From: the human T2T-CHM13v2.0 reference genome, Homo sapiens
DNA length: 64,000 bases
Direction: 5' to 3' (one strand)
Assembly (NCBI RefSeq): GCF_009914755.1
Contig: NC_060925.1
In this document: positions 60,063-64,000 of the stretch, piece after piece
Numbering within the stretch: the stretch's first letter is position 1
Layout: every line of letters begins with the position of its first letter
Notes under the pieces: generated by a model
What the model saw: only the letters and a program-made list of their open reading frames with translations
Databases searched by the model: none
What the model was told of the DNA's origin: nothing
Made by a program: the position numbers and the translations under genes

Positions 60063-60119
60063 GGTTAAAGGGTAAAGAATTTTTCTTTGTTATCACTGTG
60101 GTCTGTCTTTAACTACTAC

Positions 60120-60140
<21 letters not shown>
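60120..60140. repeat. (TA)n microsatellite
   Basis: Direct TA run. Confidence 0.9.
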
Positions 60141-60150
<10 letters not shown>

Positions 60151-60524
60151 TCTCACATGCATTATAAACATTTATAAATATAAAATGTCATAATATATTG
60201 TTAACTTTAGATATATAGAGAAAAAACACATGAATTTATCTCCATTGATAACTTTTCAGGAGTACAGGTATGATCAGGCCATGGTTCCTTAATTCCAAGA
60301 AGTAGAAAATAACCAATCAGAGCTCACAAGTTGTTTGGTAAGTTTTCAGCATACTGGTAAAAAATGATATCTTTAAAACAATAAACTGAGAAATAAGATA
60401 AAAACCTCACCATATGAGAAGCTTTTGACCTCCCTAGAAATAAGGGGTTTGACTAACATCTCAGGAAGTACCCAATTTTTCTCCAGAAAGCCTTGGAAGG
60501 TATATAGAAAAATAAATTATTAAA

Positions 60525-61245
60525 TTTTCTTTATTTATTTTGTATTATACTTCTAAGTTCTAGGGTACACAAGCACAATGTGCAGGTTTGTTACATATGT
60601 ACACATATGCCATGTTGGTGTGCTGCACCCATTAACTCGTCATTTACATTAGGTATATCTCCTAATGCTATCCCTCCCCCCTTCCCCCACCCCCACAACA
60701 GGCCCCGGTGTGATGTTCCCCTTCCTGTGTCCAAGTGTTCTCATTGTTCAATTCCCACTTATGAGTGAGAACATGTGGTGTTTGGTTTTTTGTCCTTGCG
60801 ATAGTTTGCTGAGAATGATGGTTTCCGGCTTCATCCATGTCCCTACAAAGGACATGAACTCATCGTTTTATAGCAGCATGATTTATAATCCTTTGGGTAT
60901 ATACCCAGTAATGGGATGGCTGGGTCAAATGGTATTTCTAGTTCTAGATCCTTGAGGAACCGACACACTGTCTTCCACAATGGTTGAACTAGTTTACAGT
61001 CCCAACAGTGTAAAAGTGTTCCTATTTCGCCACATCCTCTCCAGCACCTGTTGTTTCCTGACTTTTTAATGATCGCCATTCTAACTGGTGTGAGATGGTA
61101 TCTCATTGCGGTTTTGATTTGCATTTCTCTGATGGCCAGTGATGATGAGCATTTTTTCATGTGTCTGTTGGCTGTATAAATGTCTTCTTTAGAGAAGTGT
61201 CTGTTCATATCCCTCACCCACTTTTTGATGGGGTTTTTTGTTTTC
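60525..61245 (-). mobile_element. 5'-truncated L1PA4-like with internal deletion
   Basis: ORF2 peptide [22 protein letters not shown]; 3' UTR; ~137 bp missing at ~60866. Confidence 0.9.
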
Positions 61246-61447
61246 ATCTAGAGTTGGGGAAAACATAACATGCAATAATAATGTGAGATATATAAACTAA
61301 GAGATGATCTCAGATGTGGAAATGTAATCAGGGAAAGCCAACAAGGCATTAGCTCTGGGTTCATTATCCTAGACTGAGGTACAGAAATAATGTATGGGTA
61401 TACCCAAAAGCATTTTACATAAACTTATTTTAAAATCAAGGATTACA

Positions 61448-64000
61448 TGAAGGAAGGCAGAGAAAGTTGGCCAAACAGAAGCCTTTACCAATTGTCCTCC
61501 CAGCAGGAATATCAAATTGAACAACTCTTCACACAAAAAAGGACCTTCATAAGAACCAAAAATCAGGTGAGTAATCACAGTACCTGATTTTAACTTCATA
61601 TCACTGAAAGAGGCACTGAATTGCTGATGCCACCCCTCCCTCATCTCCTGGGAGTGGCCACATAGTGTGGAGAGAATCTGTACACTTCAGAAAGGGACAG
61701 CACAGTTATTGTGGGATTTGTACTGGAACTCAGTGCTGCCCTGTCACAGAGGAAAGCAGTACTGGGCAGAACTCAGCCAGCATCCATGGAAGGAGTATTT
61801 AGACAAGTCCTAGCCAGAGGGGCTCACCCATCCCAGCAGTCAAAACCTAAATTCTGGCAAGCCTCACCACTGCAGGCTAAATAAACTGAAAGACAGTTTA
61901 GGCCACAAGGGTTGCAATTTATAGGCAAGTTTTGGTGCTGTGCTGGGCCCTGAGCCACTAGGTTGGGTGGGCACACAACCTAGTGAGACACACACTGGAG
62001 CAGGCATAGAAGTTCTTGTACAACTCCTTCCTCAACTCCAGCTAGCACAGCTCACAGTTCTAGGAGAGAATCCTTCCTTCCACTTGAAGAGAGAAGAGGG
62101 AAGAGTAGAGGATTTTGTCTTGCAACTTGGATACCAGTTCACCCACAGTTGGATAGGGCAATGGTCAGAATCCTGAGGTCTCCATTCTAGGCCCTACCTC
62201 CCACATGACATTTCTAGACACACCCTGGGCCAGAAGGGAACCCACTGCCTTGAAAGGAAGGACCCAGTCCTGGCAGGATTCATCATCTGCCAACTAAAGA
62301 GTTCCTAGACTCTGAATAATCAGAAATGGTACCCAGTCAGTACTCACTGTGGGCCTTGAGAGAGACTCAGAGATTTCTTGGCTTCAGGTGTGACCTAGCA
62401 CATTCCCAACTGTTCTGGCTATGGTGACATACTCCCTCTGCTTAAGAAAATGAGAGGGAAAAGTACAGGAGACTGAATCTTGAAGCTTAGGTACCAGCTT
62501 AGTCACAGTGAGGTAGAACATCAAGTGGGCTCTTGGGGGTTTCTGATTCCAGGTCTTGGCTCCTCAGTGACATTTCTGAACCTGCCCTGAACAAGAGGGG
62601 AGCCCATGGTCCTGAAGGGAGAGGCCCAGGTCTTTCAGTATTTATCATAAGCTGACTGAAGGGCCATTGGGCTGTGAGTGAATATCAGTGGTAGCCAGGC
62701 AGTACTCACAATGGGTCTGGGGTGGTGGTGGCCATAGGGAAAGGTTGCTCTGTTTGTAGAAAGAAAATAGAAGAGTAGGAAGAACTTTCTTTTGTGGCTG
62801 GTGTGCTAGCTTAGCCACAGTAGAATAGAACACTAAGCAGATTCTTAAGGTTCCTGACTCCAGGCCCTCGCTGCCAGATAGCATCTCTGGACCCAGTGGT
62901 GCTGGAAGGATCTTGCCACCCTGAAGGGAAAGACACAAGCCTGGCTGTGTTTGCCACTGCTGATTGTAGAACTCTAGGGCCTTGAGTGAACATAGGTAGT
63001 AGCCAAACAGTGGTTACCACAGGCCTTGGGGTAGACCCAGTGCTGTGCTGGTTTCAAGTCTGACTCAACAGAGTCCCAGTGGAGGTGGCCACAGGAGTGC
63101 TTCTGACACCCCTCCTCCTGCTCCAGGCAGCTCAGAGACACAGAGAGAGATTTCATTGGCTTGGGAAAAAGTAAGAGAAAAGAATAAGAGTCTCTGCTCT
63201 TGTTCCAGAAAATTCTTTCTGATATTATCCAAGACCACCAAGGCAGTACCTCTGTAAGTCTGCAAGAGCCATAGCATTACTGGGCCTGGGTTGCCTCTTA
63301 ATGCAGGCATGGCTGCAGTAACCAAAAACTTAGGTCGCAACATCGGAGTTCCTTTGAATACCTGGACAGCCATCCCAAGAAACACAGGTACAAAGAAGCC
63401 CAGACTGTGAAGACTACAATAAATGCTTAATTCATCAATGCTCAGAAACTGACAAATATCCACAGCCACAAGACCATCCAAAAAAACATGATCTCAGACC
63501 AAAAAATTAAATAAGGCATTAGTGACAAATCCTGGAAAAACAGAGATATGTGACTTTTCAGAGAGAAGACTCAAAATAGCTGTTGTGATTATGAGGAAAC
63601 TCAATGAAATACAAGATAAAACAGAGAAGGAATTTAGAATTCTATGAGATAAATTTAACAAAGAAATTGAAATGATTTTTTAAAAAGCAGAAATTCTGGA
63701 GTTGAAAAATACAACTGACATACTGAAAAATGCATCAGAGTCTCTTTACAGCAGAATTAATTAAGCAAAAGAAAGAATTAGTCAGCTGGAAGACAAGCTA
63801 CTTGAAAATACAGTGTCAGACGAGACAAAAGAAAAAGAATAATAAAGAATGAAGCACACCTACAAGATCTAATCCAAAGAAGACTACTTCAAGACATTTA
63901 ATAATCAAGCTCTGGAAAGTCAGGGATAAAGAAGAAATCCTAAAAGCTGCAAGAGAAAAGAAAATGATAACGTACTATGGAGCTCCAATACATCTGGCAG
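61448..64000 (+). mobile_element. L1M1/L1PB-age 5' UTR and decayed ORF1, running off the window
   Basis: CCTTCATAAGAACCAAAAATCAGGTGAG; ORF1-like from ~63438 (ICDFSE..KIAV; EILELKN; DKEEILKAAREK). Confidence 0.85.

Overview
AT-rich primate (human-like) genomic DNA with no recognisable protein-coding gene. Most of the window is nested transposable elements: L1s of several ages on both strands, ten Alus (J, S and Y classes), ERVL/MaLR/ERV1/ERVK solo LTRs, L2/MIR relics and DNA transposons. Every recognisable ORF in the track is an L1, Alu, LTR or transposase fragment. The main points of interest are: (1) a ~2.4 kb Ricksha-type Mutator (MULE) fossil whose decayed FLYWCH + DDE transposase can still be read, next to an MLT2 LTR; (2) a near full-length U3 snoRNA retropseudogene; (3) two convergent L1s fused tail-to-tail at almost the same ORF2 position; (4) two templated inverted insertions that look like repair scars; (5) an AluYd-type element nested in another Alu; (6) candidate splice signals, including a recursive-splice-like TAG|GTAAGT. 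I found no convincing novel biological system. Subfamily names come from recalled consensus sequences and need RepeatMasker/Dfam confirmation. Boundaries without TSDs are approximate.
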